Source: Spirogloea muscicola (taxonomy: Eukaryota). Taken from it: a stretch of 64,000 nt of DNA. The stretch is taken from the NCBI GenBank assembly GCA_009602725.1, contig WELB01000002.1, forward strand, positions 60,819 to 124,818, in the 5' to 3' direction. Under the pieces are notes generated by a model. The model saw only the letters and a list, made by a program, of their open reading frames with translations, did not search any database and was not told where the DNA came from. Positions within the stretch are counted from its first letter, which is position 1; every line of letters begins with the position of its first letter. This document shows positions 46,440 through 57,209 of the stretch, piece by piece. A program made the position numbers and the translations under genes.

Positions 46440-47110
46440 AGCTCAGGCATGGGCCTCGTTCTTTTTGTTGTGGGCTGGCTTTTCACGGGCCATGCCCCTT
46501 TGGAGGAGCTGTTTCTTCTTTCACAGCCCTGGCCCCCTTGGGCAGAGCTACATCTCTCTCGGGCATGGGCCTGGGCTCGAGGCTGGCAGGCTGCCATGCG
46601 GCAGTGCAGGAGCGGGAAGAAGCTCTGGTGAAGGAGGAGAAGAATGCGGGGGGGCCCGCAGCAGAAAGTAAGGAGCCGCTTTTATTATGTATGGCAATGG
46701 CTGTGAGAGGCCAGCCCAAAAGGGGTGACGCAGAGGACAACGTGTGTGATGAGTGAGGGGGGGGCCTGAGTGAAGAAGGGGCCGAGGTTTGTAAAAGTGA
46801 GCCACATTCTTGTGAGACTCTTCCAGGTGAGGAAGATGGCTGTGAGAGGCCAGCCCAAAGGGAATGGACAAGGTCCGGAGGGGCCAGAAAGCGCTGAAGT
46901 GGCAGCTCCTCCAATGCAAGGCAACTACAGCCATCGCCCTCTACTGAGAATGTCTCTCGGCTCAGGCTATGGCTTGGATTGGAGCTGTGAGTGTGAGAGA
47001 GGGACAGACTCTTTCCAGTGAAGGGCGACGGCGGACACTGGCCAGCCCCAAGCACATGGCGACTCGAGTTGCCACTGGGTGCTGGAGAAGAGCACAAGGT
47101 CTGAAAGATG
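46440..47110. mobile_element. Cluster of CRE-like 3'-UTR remnants in both orientations
   Basis: Stem-loop motif at about 46471(+), 46699(-), 46838(-) and 47035(-); 46848-46890 ggccagcccaaagggaatggacaaggtcc matches 53639-53668. Confidence 0.7.
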
Positions 47111-47236
47111 GACCGAAAGCGCGCTGCCGGGTATGCCAGATGGGCGGCAGGTGCCCAGTAGGGCCTTGTGCCACCAGCCAGCTGGCGCGCAGTCGGGGGC
47201 CCCGGCGGGCCAGGCGCGGCGGCGGCCGCGGCCGCC

Positions 47237-50200
47237 ATGGCGGCCGTNNNNNNNNNNNNNNNNNNNNNNNNNNNNNNNNNNNNNNNNNNNNNNNNNNNNN
47301 NNNNNNNNNNNNNNNNNNNNNNNNNNNNNNNNNNNNNNNNNNNNNNNNNNNNNNNNNNNNNNNNNNNNNNNNNNNNNNNNNNNNNNNNNNNNNNNNNNNN
47401 NNNNNNNNNNNNNNNNNNNNNNNNNNNNNNNNNNNNNNNNNNNNNNNNNNNNNNNNNNNNNNNNNNNNNNNNNNNNNNNNNNNNNNNNNNNNNNNNNNNN
47501 NNNNNNNNNNNNNNNNNNNNNNNNNNNNNNNNNNNNNNNNNNNNNNNNNNNNNNNNNNNNNNNNNNNNNNNNNNNNNNNNNNNNNNNNNNNNNNNNNNNN
47601 NNNNNNNNNNNNNNNNNNNNNNNNNNNNNNNNNNNNNNNNNNNNNNNNNNNNNNNNNNNNNNNNNNNNNNNNNNNNNNNNNNNNNNNNNNNNNNNNNNNN
47701 NNNNNNNNNNNNNNNNNNNNNNNNNNNNNNNNNNNNNNNNNCACGCCTGCCCGCGCCTGCGCCTCCTGGACCTCAGCGCCAACCGCATCGCCAGCCTCGA
47801 CGCGCTGCCCGCCGCGCTCGCCGGCCTGCGCACCCTGCTCCTGCGCGGCAACGCCGTGGCCTCCACCGCCGGCCTCCAGCGCCTCACCTCGCTGGAGGGC
47901 CTGGACCTGGCGCACAACCTCGTGCGCAGCGCCCCGGAGGTGGCGCGCCTGGGCGCGCTTCCGCACCTGCGCGACCTCGCGCTGGCGGGCAACCCCGTCA
48001 CCCTGCTCCCCGGCTTCCGCGCCGCCACCTTGGCCTGCCTGCTCGGCGACGGCCGCCCCGAGGTCAGCCCCGACAGTATCGCCCAGCCTGCGTATGCATA
48101 CCTGCTGCGCCCGCACATTGAGGACTCGGCCCCTACTTGCGCAGCTCGTCCTGGATGGCAAGCCGGCGAGCGCGTGGGAGCAGCGACAGGCGCAGCTTTC
48201 CTCCTGGAGAGGCAGAGGGCCGGCAGACTGGCTTGTGGCGGCGAGCGGTGGGCCGCCGGCATCTCCGGACCCCTCCTGGATGGAGCTGCTGGATGAGCGC
48301 TGGCTCCTGGGAGCCCGCGGCGGCCACCGTGTGCCCAGCAGAGGCAGTGCAGGCCTGTGCGAAGAAGAGAGCGAAGGTGGGTGCCGGGAGCCTGCAGCCC
48401 CGCGAGACAGCGCCCTCGACACATTTGTGCAGAAACCGGAGGAGGCAGCCAATGGTGGCGATTGCCAACGTGAGAGAGCATCGAGAGAGAGCCATGATGC
48501 CGTTGACGACAGTGAGCAGCGCAGCAGTCTGGTCGGTGCGCTAGCCGGCATGCCCTTGGGGTGGGAGGGCGGCCTGGGGCATTTCGGAGGTGCACCTGAT
48601 GCTGGCGGGGGTGGACACTTGGAGGCGTTCAGCGGGCACGAAGACGGCGGCTTGGAGGGCTTGTCTGCATTGTGCTCCTTGGAGGATGTTGCTGCTGCTG
48701 AGTCTCAGCCCCATGGACCAACAGGCACGCCCCCCACTCCACCACACTACGAGCCCGACCTGCTCGTGCGGCGGCACGATGTGGAAGACACGGCTCTTGG
48801 AGAAAGACACGCGGCTTGGGGCACTGAGGATGGTGGCCACCGCAGCAACGGTGGCAGCAGCGCCACCAGCAGCAGCAGCAGCGACGTTGCTTGGTCTGAC
48901 AGCGGCAACAGCGTCGGCAGCAGCCCGGAGCTCAGCTTGCTGTCGGCGAGGCTGGCCGCACGCTCGCAGGCACCTCCCGTGGCTGCCGCATGGCAGGCGG
49001 AATCCTCGACGCTCTCCGCAGACTCGGTTCCGCCGGCCGAGCATGACCAACGGGCTGGCGCAGGGGGACAGCAACCGGGCTCGTCCGGCAGCGGGCCTGG
49101 CAACGGGCTGCGCGTACGAGTGGGGTCCCCATCGGCCGACCACAAGTTGCCGCCCTTTGCTGGCGAGCACACGCTCACACTGCCCTGGCCGGAGGACGCT
49201 ACGTCGGGCAGCAGCCAGGCGGGGCTCCTGTACAACGACGACATGGTCGCACAGGCTGGCGGGGGCGGGGTGCTGACAGCCGACGGCAATGGACTCCAAG
49301 GTGGCAGGGAGGTGGGCGGGCAGCAGCGGCCCCCTCCCCGCCGAGCGCGGCGCATGGCGTGGATGGAGGGGTCCTTGGTGGCGCCCTCGTCAGCTTCGCC
49401 CTCCCTGCCGTCCTCCCCGCTAGGCCCGAGGGCTGGCCGTCGGCTGCCTGCTATGCGGCACGTGTGGCCTGCTGCCTGGGAGGCCCTGTCGCCCCACCTC
49501 GGCAGCCAGGCGAGCACCCCTGCTGAGTCCCCACGCCCGATCGCCCATCATGACGCCCAGAACGCCGATGAGGCAGCCCTGGCTGCTCTTTTCCACAAGA
49601 CAATTGCTGACCGCGAGCATGAGGAGCGGTGCCTGCGTGCTGTGCGGTGCACATGCCTGCGATTGTGGGAGGATGGCCGGCACGAAAGGTAAGGAAGCCC
49701 AGCAGTCCTGCTTCCTGTCGTGCCTCAATGGTTGGACCTTTGCCCGGCCATGGGGGCGTCAACCACATACTGAAGTTGGCGTTCGCACAGGCCTGCAGTA
49801 CTCCTGCTCAGCTCCAAGTGGCACCTCTACTTCCTGCAGGAGGACACGAGTGTCTCCCTCCTCTCACATAGGCCTGGTGAGACGATCTCGAGCCGGACTT
49901 ATCTGTTGCTTCATTCGGCGTCCGTTTTTTTCCACTTTGATACAATATCTTTGCCTTCCATCTTGAACAAAATGGGGGCCAGCTCCAGCTCTGATCACAC
50001 AGCGGCAGGCATGCAGAGCCTTCCTTATCTGTGATGGCAAATCACAGCACATCAGACCTGCGCAGGCTTTGCCTTGGCCTCAATCGGCAAGTGCTCAGGT
50101 GGGACGGATGTGAAGAACCGAGCTGTTGAAACCTTTCAGTTGTTGGTGCCCAGCACTACGACAGGCTATAGGAACTTTGCTATATCATGCTTTGTCAATC

Positions 50201-51444
50201 CCCACTGCTTTGCTGCCGATGTAGCTGTTGACAGGTCTTTGATTGCTGTAGTGTACGTCCTCGTCCTTTACACATACTCCTCTGTAAACATGTGATGCAT
50301 CACGTTGCCACATGCAGGCTGGATGTGGGGGTGGCAGCCTCTTACGTCGTCCTATTGCAAGCTGCAAGTGTCACTGCAGAGCTTCTGAGCTTGCTCGTGG
50401 AAAGGTCAATGGCTGAGCCATTGCCGCTTGTTGTTGAGAGGTAGGCTTCGAGCAGCCTTGTTGTTGCTGCTGGACCACATAGCCGTGTTGTGGCGTGTGT
50501 TGGCATGTGCCATGCATCACCTTTGACAACACAGTTGGCGTGGTTACTTGTCAGCTGGGAAGCCAAACAGCTCAATTGGCTTCAACAGTGTCTGGGTGAG
50601 CTCCAGCCGCTCAACCTGCACTTGTACACAATGCTACGTGTGCGGCGGCCACCAGGTACTGCACTTGGCAGTTGTCTTGGAAGCTACTCATAATTGAAAC
50701 TTTCTAATGCTTGCTTGGTAGCTTCCCCAAGGTGACAATAGTCAGTCTCTATTGCAGGCCCTATGGCAGCTGCAGGAGCTTCTCAGGTCGACGTGTAGTG
50801 ATCTTTTAGCAGTCCTCTGCTGCAGGTCTCACTTGGGAGCTGCAGATATTGGTAGCAACGTCTCGAACCCTTGCCCTGTGCCAAGAACAATGGCCAATGC
50901 TGGGGTCGTCCTTCTCTACGCCGGATCCTCAACACACAGTGTACTTCCTGTTGCTGTGCAAGGAAAACCTTCATAATGTGATCCGATTGGTGAGTTTGCT
51001 GTTATGCCTATGCCACCTATTTCACTTTCTGGGTAATCTGAATAGACATCTGCATCTGCAAAATAGTCATTCATGTTGGCAAAGCACCGTGGACTCTGAG
51101 AATTTGCATAACGTCTTGCCAATCCAAGATTGTGTCCGAGCTCTGAAAATTGGATATTTTAGGCAGCAACCATTGACTGCCAATTATAGTGTCACAATGA
51201 GCTTGTAGCAATTGTTTGTAGCAATGTGACGCTCTTGATGGGCCTCGGCGAGTGTCTTACTGTGTATAAGCAGGACGCCAGTCAAAACGACAACTTGCTC
51301 AAGGTGTCGTTCAAAAGAGGATCAGAATGGCAGTTGCAATTTGAAAATGCTGAGCAATTGCGTCGACATACTTCAATATTGAAGGCTCTGCCAGCACAAC
51401 CTCTTGGGCCATCCTTAGAGGCTCTTATACCTGTGGGCCCATGA
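47237..51444 (+). CDS. Leucine-rich-repeat protein, STK11IP/LIP1-like; interrupted by a gap, 3' exons tentative
   Basis: gccgccATGGCGGCCGT start just before the gap. SDS22-type LRRs (LRLLDLSANRIASL, LEGLDLAHNLV, LRDLALAGNPV) with an LRR cap (FRAATL..|LVLDGKP), the motif PPTPPHYEPDLLVRRH recalled from plant LIP1-like proteins, and a putative last exon at about 51226-51444. Confidence 0.7.
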
Positions 51445-52104
51445 TGCCATCCTATTATGTGTGGGTTAATGTATGTCATCCACTTGTTGGTGAATGCCAT
51501 TTTGCTCAAGGAAATTGATGGCACACAGGCTTGTAATCTCACAAGCCGATGTCGAGGATATAACCATGGTATCTTTGTTAACATGCAATGCAGTCATGCC
51601 AAATCATGGGAGGTCAATTTCAAATGTGTCATCGTTGTACTCTCCTCATCGTACACAACCCAAACATTTGATGCCTCGTTGGTACGGCTTGTCCTGCAGT
51701 TTTATGTATAGTTGCTGTAGCTGTCACTGGCTCCAAACCAACTTAAGCCAAGGTCATAACAAAATAATTGCAGTATGATGCTGCCATCGTTGGCAGATGT
51801 GGCTGGAGTGTGGCTGGTGTTTGGCTTTGACATGAGTGGATCTTGTGTATGGTCATGTTGATCTATTTTGGCACATGATTGGCATGGCGACTTTCGATGT
51901 TGCACCTATCGACTACTCGTCATATTCCGTAGTGATTTGTCTTCTCCACGCAGTGTCCTCCGTTGGGCATTTGCGCATTTCAACGGGTCCAGCAGACTGC
52001 CCCCTCTCGTCATTAGAATTGCGCTCTAGGGGTAAACATTTCAATGACTCCCGATTTCCAAAGAGATTATTGGACGTCAATCTGGACAAAACCGTTACTA
52101 CCAG

Positions 52105-52728
52105 GACACTGCTGCTGCATTCGATCTCGTCGCCAGCGCGCTCGACGGGGGGCCTCGGCTCATCGCCGACGTTGTCACGACTGACTGTTTTGATTCCAGG
52201 AGCGCCAAACGCTCGTCGGAGGAGGCGGGCTACGCAGTCCGCCAAGCGGCGGGCGGAAAGGAACGTAAATACTCGGATCACCCGGTGGGAGACGAGTTTG
52301 TCCCACTCGCCGTTGACGTACACGGCGCCTTTGGCACAAAATGGCTTGACCTGCTTCACCGCCTTGCGCGCCGAGCAGCGGCCCGCCGCCTCGGGCACCA
52401 GGGCGAGCAGCCTGGCTTCAATGTCGCCGGGTCCCTCGCTCACGTCTTCCGGATGCGCTTGGCCATCTCTTTGCAGCGGTCCCTTGCCTTTGCGGTTCAC
52501 TTGCGTGCAGGCCGCGCTTTTGGCGGCGACCTCCGGCTGCCGTCAGGCCGACGTCTTTCCGCCTGTGAGCTATTCCGACTTGCATCTTCCGACTAGAGGT
52601 TACTGAGCGTCCCCTTTGCTGATGGCCTAGTCCTTAGCACCCCGGCTCCTTCAGACCGGCTCCTTCAGACCTTGTCCATTCCTTTGGGCTGGCCTCTCCC
52701 AGCCACCACTTCATGTGGCCGCGCTTGC
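52105..52728 (+). mobile_element. 5'-truncated CRE-like non-LTR retrotransposon (RLE C-terminus plus 3' UTR)
   Basis: DLVA..DGGPRLIADVVTTD...KERKYSDHPVGDEFVPLAVDVHGAFGTKWLDLL...RMRLAISLQRSLA...TRGY*, followed by the UTR with the stem-loop at about 52686. Confidence 0.9.
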
Positions 52729-52879
52729 TTTCTGCTGCTATATCTGGCCAAACTGCCTCAGCAACAAACAGAATAACTTTGATATTTATCATCGCAAACA
52801 CTAAATCCCATATGTACTATCGGGCATCCGTTGCACGCCTTCACTACTTTCCGTTGCTGATCCTTGCTTGAGTTTTGTT

Positions 52880-53450
52880 GGCCATGGTGTGGGGTGGAAC
52901 GGGATCGCAGTCTTGCATGCCGAATCCGTCACAGAGCCTCCGTGACACAATTTTACCACCCCAACTCGATGTCCTGCTGCTCCTATCTCTCTTCACTCGG
53001 ATCCGCAAGAGTTCTCCAAGGGCCCCTGCAGGATCCTTCATCTAATAACCACCACTTCCTTCCCCACTCCGACAGCCGAGACTACCAGCACGAGCACCTC
53101 TTCATGTTGAGCAAGCATTACCTTGGCAAACAGCTATTTCATGTAGGCGCTGCTACTAGACATTCTGGTATGGAATGAAGCAATAAGGTTTTTAGCACAC
53201 CGAGCCATGGGCCCATCTCAACGCATTGCGTGCTTCTTTATCTTGCAAGCTTTACTTCCTTTGCCTTCACTGCAAAAGCTGAAGCACCTCTGCTCTACTT
53301 TCAAGTCGATGAAGCAGCCACGGACGAGGTGAGAAAGATGCTATTGTACAGTAGCTTTTGCATGTCGGATATTGGGAATGTGGCCTACTCGCTGAACATG
53401 AAGATGGTGAGGATCAGAGAGCAGAGGTCAACTTAGGCTGGAGTAAGTCG
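52880..53450. mobile_element. Two Ty1/Copia reverse-transcriptase scraps in opposite orientations
   Basis: Minus strand: MKDPAGALGELLRIRVKRDRSSR...GFGMQDCDPV. Plus strand: FCMSDIGNVAYSLNMKMVRIREQR. Both fit the Copia MKDLG..LG..V.RDR region. Confidence 0.6.
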
Positions 53451-53604
53451 ACTCGTCGAGCTTTGGCATGGAAGGGAGCAAATGACTACTAAGTCCCATG
53501 GAGCTAAAGCAAATACTAATGAGAGAGCTACAACCGCAGATGAGGAGGTAAAGGCGGAGGTGACAGGTGTAGTCTACCAGCAAGATGTTGGCTGTGCCGT
53601 GGAC

Positions 53605-53945
53605 GCAAGCGCGGCCACATGAACTGGTGGCTAGGAGAGGCCAGCCCAAAGGAATGGACAAGGTCTGAAGGAGCCGGGGTGCTAAGGACTAGGACATTAG
53701 CAAAGGGGACGCTCAGTAACCTCTAGTCGGAAGATGCAAGTCGGAATAGCTCGCAGACGGAAAGACGTCGCCCTGACGGCAGCCGGAGGCCGCCGCCAAA
53801 GCGCGGCCTGCGCGCAAGTGAACCGCAAAGGCAAGGGACCGCTGCAAAGAGATGGCCAAGCGCATCCGGAAGACGTGAGCGAGGGACCCGGCGACATGAA
53901 ACCAGGCTGCTCGCCCTGCTGCCCGAGGCGGCGGGCCGCTGCTCG
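53605..53945 (-). mobile_element. 5'-truncated CRE-like element, near-identical inverted copy of 52372-52728
   Basis: Its reverse complement aligns to 52372-52728 with few substitutions and lacks the 14-bp duplication ccggctccttcaga. Confidence 0.92.
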
Positions 53946-54444
53946 CCGCCTCGAAAACGATGGCAGGTACATGGTCAGGTTTTGCTGAGCAACTGGAGCA
54001 GTATGGCAGACATGCCTAGAATGGCTCATTCGGCAAGCTTTCAAGCGCATGTTCCAGTACCTTGCTGAAACAACTAAGTACATAGCTCGCTGAATCACTG
54101 CACTCATGCATCACTTTCCTGCGACAGAAGTAAGTCATTGGCCTCCCAAAGGAAGGGACCCTCCAGATCGTCCAATCATGCGCTATCTGCTCGAGACGTG
54201 CTTTTGGCCTTACTACTGTACCGCCTTCGAACTACCTGGGCCCTGACTTTTGCAACTTCGGATGATGCTCTTTCCTTTCTAATGGGCTAGCCAATCACGG
54301 CTATCGGCCTCTACTGGAAGAGTCCTTCATTTTGCAACGGAAAGGGGCCCTTCCAGGTCGTCTCGCTCCGTGCGGCTCGCATTGACCTCTTCATGGCTCG
54401 GTTGGCGCAGGCTGGGTGGATAGTGCAGGAGCACCACGTCGGCC

Positions 54445-54560
54445 TACGTTGTTGTGTTGGAAGGAGCCGAAGTATCTTGGAAAAGTAGGGGACAAAGTGG
54501 CTCTGCTACGATGAAGGCGGAGTGTATGGTGACGACTCAAGCAAGCAAAAAGGAATACGC
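54445..54560 (+). mobile_element. Ty1/Copia RNase H scrap
   Basis: VLEGAEVSWKSRGQSGSATMKAECMVTTQASKKE resembles the Copia motif GAxISWxSxxQ...STxEAEYxA...AxKE. Confidence 0.6.
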
Positions 54561-55231
54561 AAAGCAAAACAGATGTTGTCTTGTCGGAATGCTACTTGAG
54601 GAAGTGGGCTTTCCAGCGAGCTTCAGCAAGCTCCCCTCCCATCTACAGCGCCACTTACGAAGAGCCCCGCTTCACATAGCGAAGTAAGCATACTAAATTA
54701 CGGACGGACTTTGTGCAAGAGTCATAGAAGAGGCATAGAGGCTGAATGATAATATGACCGGCGAAAAGTGAGCTTGAAGGGCGTAGGCAGACTGAAGCAT
54801 CTGAATGCAGACCACTACAGTCCGGTGTTGCGTTACAAAAGTCATACTTCCTAGATTACTTCAAGCTTCTATTGAGCGCAGACCACCCAGGAGGGTATGC
54901 GTAGAGAACTTCGCCCTACACACGCTGATAGGGTGAGTCGTCCTTCTTAAGTTCGTCTATAGAGGCTTTGGGGACCCACCCTCTACACGACAAAGCACTC
55001 GCGCATAGGCGCAGCGGAAGACAGGCCCTGTGGCGCCGCCATCAGGCGGCGACTCCACCTCCTGGCGCAAGCCGGCGGCGTTCCCCGAAAGGGCGCCAGC
55101 CACGGACTCCCTGCAGCAAGCCCCGCGGCAGGCTGCAGCGGCGGCTGCGGCGGCAAGCAGCGGCAAGGCTGCTCCTAGGCTTTACAGGTCCGAACTCATG
55201 TCGGGTAGCAGCCCAAGGCTCTTAGTGCTTC

Positions 55232-56955
55232 AAGAAGAAGGCTCGCCCATAAAGTAAGAGGGGCTGGCAAAGCCAGCCCAAAAAGAATGGACAATGTCCA
55301 AAGCCGAAGAATGAGAAGCCGAGGAAGGACTCCTCTACTCTACCAATCACGACAACATACTAGGGAAGCTCAGTACCCGCGAGTGAGCAACATCAGGTCC
55401 GAGTAGCTCGAGGCAGGGAAGGAGGCACTCCGCCGAGACCCGGAGGCCGCGGCCAGAGCGCGTCCTGCTTGCGTGTGGACAGCGTGGGCAAGGGATCGCT
55501 GGAACGATACCGCCAAGCGCATGCGAAAGACCTGGGCGAGCGACCCGGCGGCGTTGAAGCCGGGCAGCGCCCCGGGCGGACCCGACCGCCGATCAATAGC
55601 CTGACGAGCAAGCCGCTGGAGGAGATCCAGCCAGCGGCTGCCGAAGGCCCCGTGAACATCTATCGCCAGGGCCGCGAACTCATCACCGACCGGGTGATCG
55701 GCATATTTTTTCTCTTTTGCCCGGGCTGCCAGGCCGACCGCATGCCCTGCAAACGACGCCGACCTGGTGGGGTTGCCGGAGTCGTAGCTGTCCGTTGTCA
55801 CCACATCAGTGATGATGCGGGGACCGCCGCTGGGCGGGATAGCGACCAGGTCGGCGCGCCGGGTGTGCGACCGGCCGTCCTCGCCCCGCAGGATGGGCAT
55901 GACTGAGGAGCACTCCACCGCCACCTTGAAGCCCGCCTCTATGAACACCCCCTGCATACCATCGCGCAAAAGATCATGGGAAGCGGTCCTCTCGCCTCCG
56001 TGGGCGCAACGGAGCATGTGCGCGGCCAGCTCCGCAGGGTCGGCGTGCCGGGCGCCGCACTCGCACTGTGTGACACCTGTAAGGCAGGGAGGGAGGAGCC
56101 CCAAGAGCCGATGCACCGCCGTCCGGTAGACCTCGTCGGGCATGGTAAGTGCGGCATAGAGTGGGAGCGCTTGGAGCCACGCCGCCGCCCCAGGGGAAGA
56201 GGCGGAGAGAAGCCGAGCACGCCCGCGAACGTCAGACGGAGGGAGAAGCTCCACCGCCTGGTCGGAGGCCGCCTTCTCGACCAACGCCGTGAAGCGTGCC
56301 TGAGCCCGCAGGTCTGGAGTGTGGGCGAGGTGCCGGAAAGGAACAGTCTGCTCGGACATGTTGGGGTGGACCTGCAGGAGCCTGTCGCGGGCAGTGCGGA
56401 GGGCGACTTGGAAGGGGAGTTGGCCTGTCTCCACATCGGCTGCCGCCCGCTCCAGGGCGCGTTGTCCGTGCACGAGGAACCGCTGACACATGGGGGCGGC
56501 CACCTGCGCCCAGCTTCCCAGGAAGGCCGCCTCACAGACGCGGGCAACTGAGCGGCATCCCAAGCCGCCACGACTGATCGGCAGGCTGGCCTGCAGCTGC
56601 GCAGCTTGGGTGGTGAGGAACGCCGGGTGCTGCACGAGGGAGGCTGCGGCCGCCATGATGCCGGTGTCGAAGGCCTCATACGCTGCCGTCACCGCCGGTG
56701 AGGGAAGGACGGTGCGGGCCAGGTAGTGGGGCCGCTGCGCGATGCACCGGGCCAGCTGCATGTCGTTCAGCGTGTGCAGGCGGGCCGCCGGCCGGAGGTG
56801 GTCCTGCAGCCGCCCCTGCAGCTGCTCCGCCACGAAGGCAGGTGCGCCCAGGGGGACGCCGAGGAGAGTGAGGCCCTCGGCCGGTGTCTGGCAGCCCACG
56901 GGCAGGCCCAGGTGGGCTGGCAGGGGACCTGCCGGGGACCAGGCACAGCACTTGT
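55232..56955 (-). mobile_element. 5'-truncated CRE-clade-like non-LTR retrotransposon; open frame 56955-55370 (RT thumb, CCHC finger, RLE) plus 3' UTR
   Basis: GLTLLGVPLG, QASLPISRGGLG, AAAWLQALP, CECG-x-AHMLRC (CCHC), RTASHD, RRADL..ITDVVT..KEKKY..LAIDVHGAFG (PD-(D/E)xK-type), ending LTRGY*. Confidence 0.92.
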
Positions 56956-57154
56956 CCGTGCCACCCCTCCTCCAGGGGTGTGAGCGAGTCGCCCCATGGC
57001 CTGCCTTGCCACGGGCCAAAGAACCTCCCTTGAACGGGTGGATCCTAGCGAGGAGTATTTTAGGACGGGCGGGACCCGCACCTGGGCGGGCCGCTTGCCT
57101 GGCCAGCCAGCCCGCCACCTGGCGGGCCACTTGCCGTCAAATGGCAAGCGGTCA

Positions 57155-57204
57155 TGTAACGCTAACAGCACCGTGTGGCTTCCCCAAACGGCTGAATCGT
57201 TACA
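57155..57204 (-). repeat. 50-bp terminal unit TGTAACG...CGTTACA (putative micro-LTR or terminal hairpin), copy 1
   Basis: 7-bp perfect terminal inverted repeat; homology to copy 2 stops at its outer edge. Confidence 0.7.
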
Positions 57205-57209
57205 GTATG

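Larger units (their letters stand above)
54885..57204 (-). mobile_element. 5' portion of gag-encoding retroelement, copy 1 (57204-56956 and 55231-54885), split by a CRE-like insertion
   Basis: Both segments align in inverted orientation to 60917-61139 and 62809-63125 of copy 2. Confidence 0.8.

Noticed and set aside
46962..49517. Long minus-strand and alternative-frame ORFs here and at other GC-rich gene starts
   Set aside because: Shadow frames caused by high GC and read-through of N runs, with no recognisable domains.
55240..55300. HDV-like or hammerhead ribozyme in the conserved UTR motif
   Set aside because: No CUGANGA/GAAA core or nested double pseudoknot could be built by eye; only a simple stem-loop is supported.
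56956..57130. N-terminus of the 586-aa ORF as part of the retrotransposon protein
   Set aside because: It is host gag-element leader fused in frame by chance at the 5' truncation junction.
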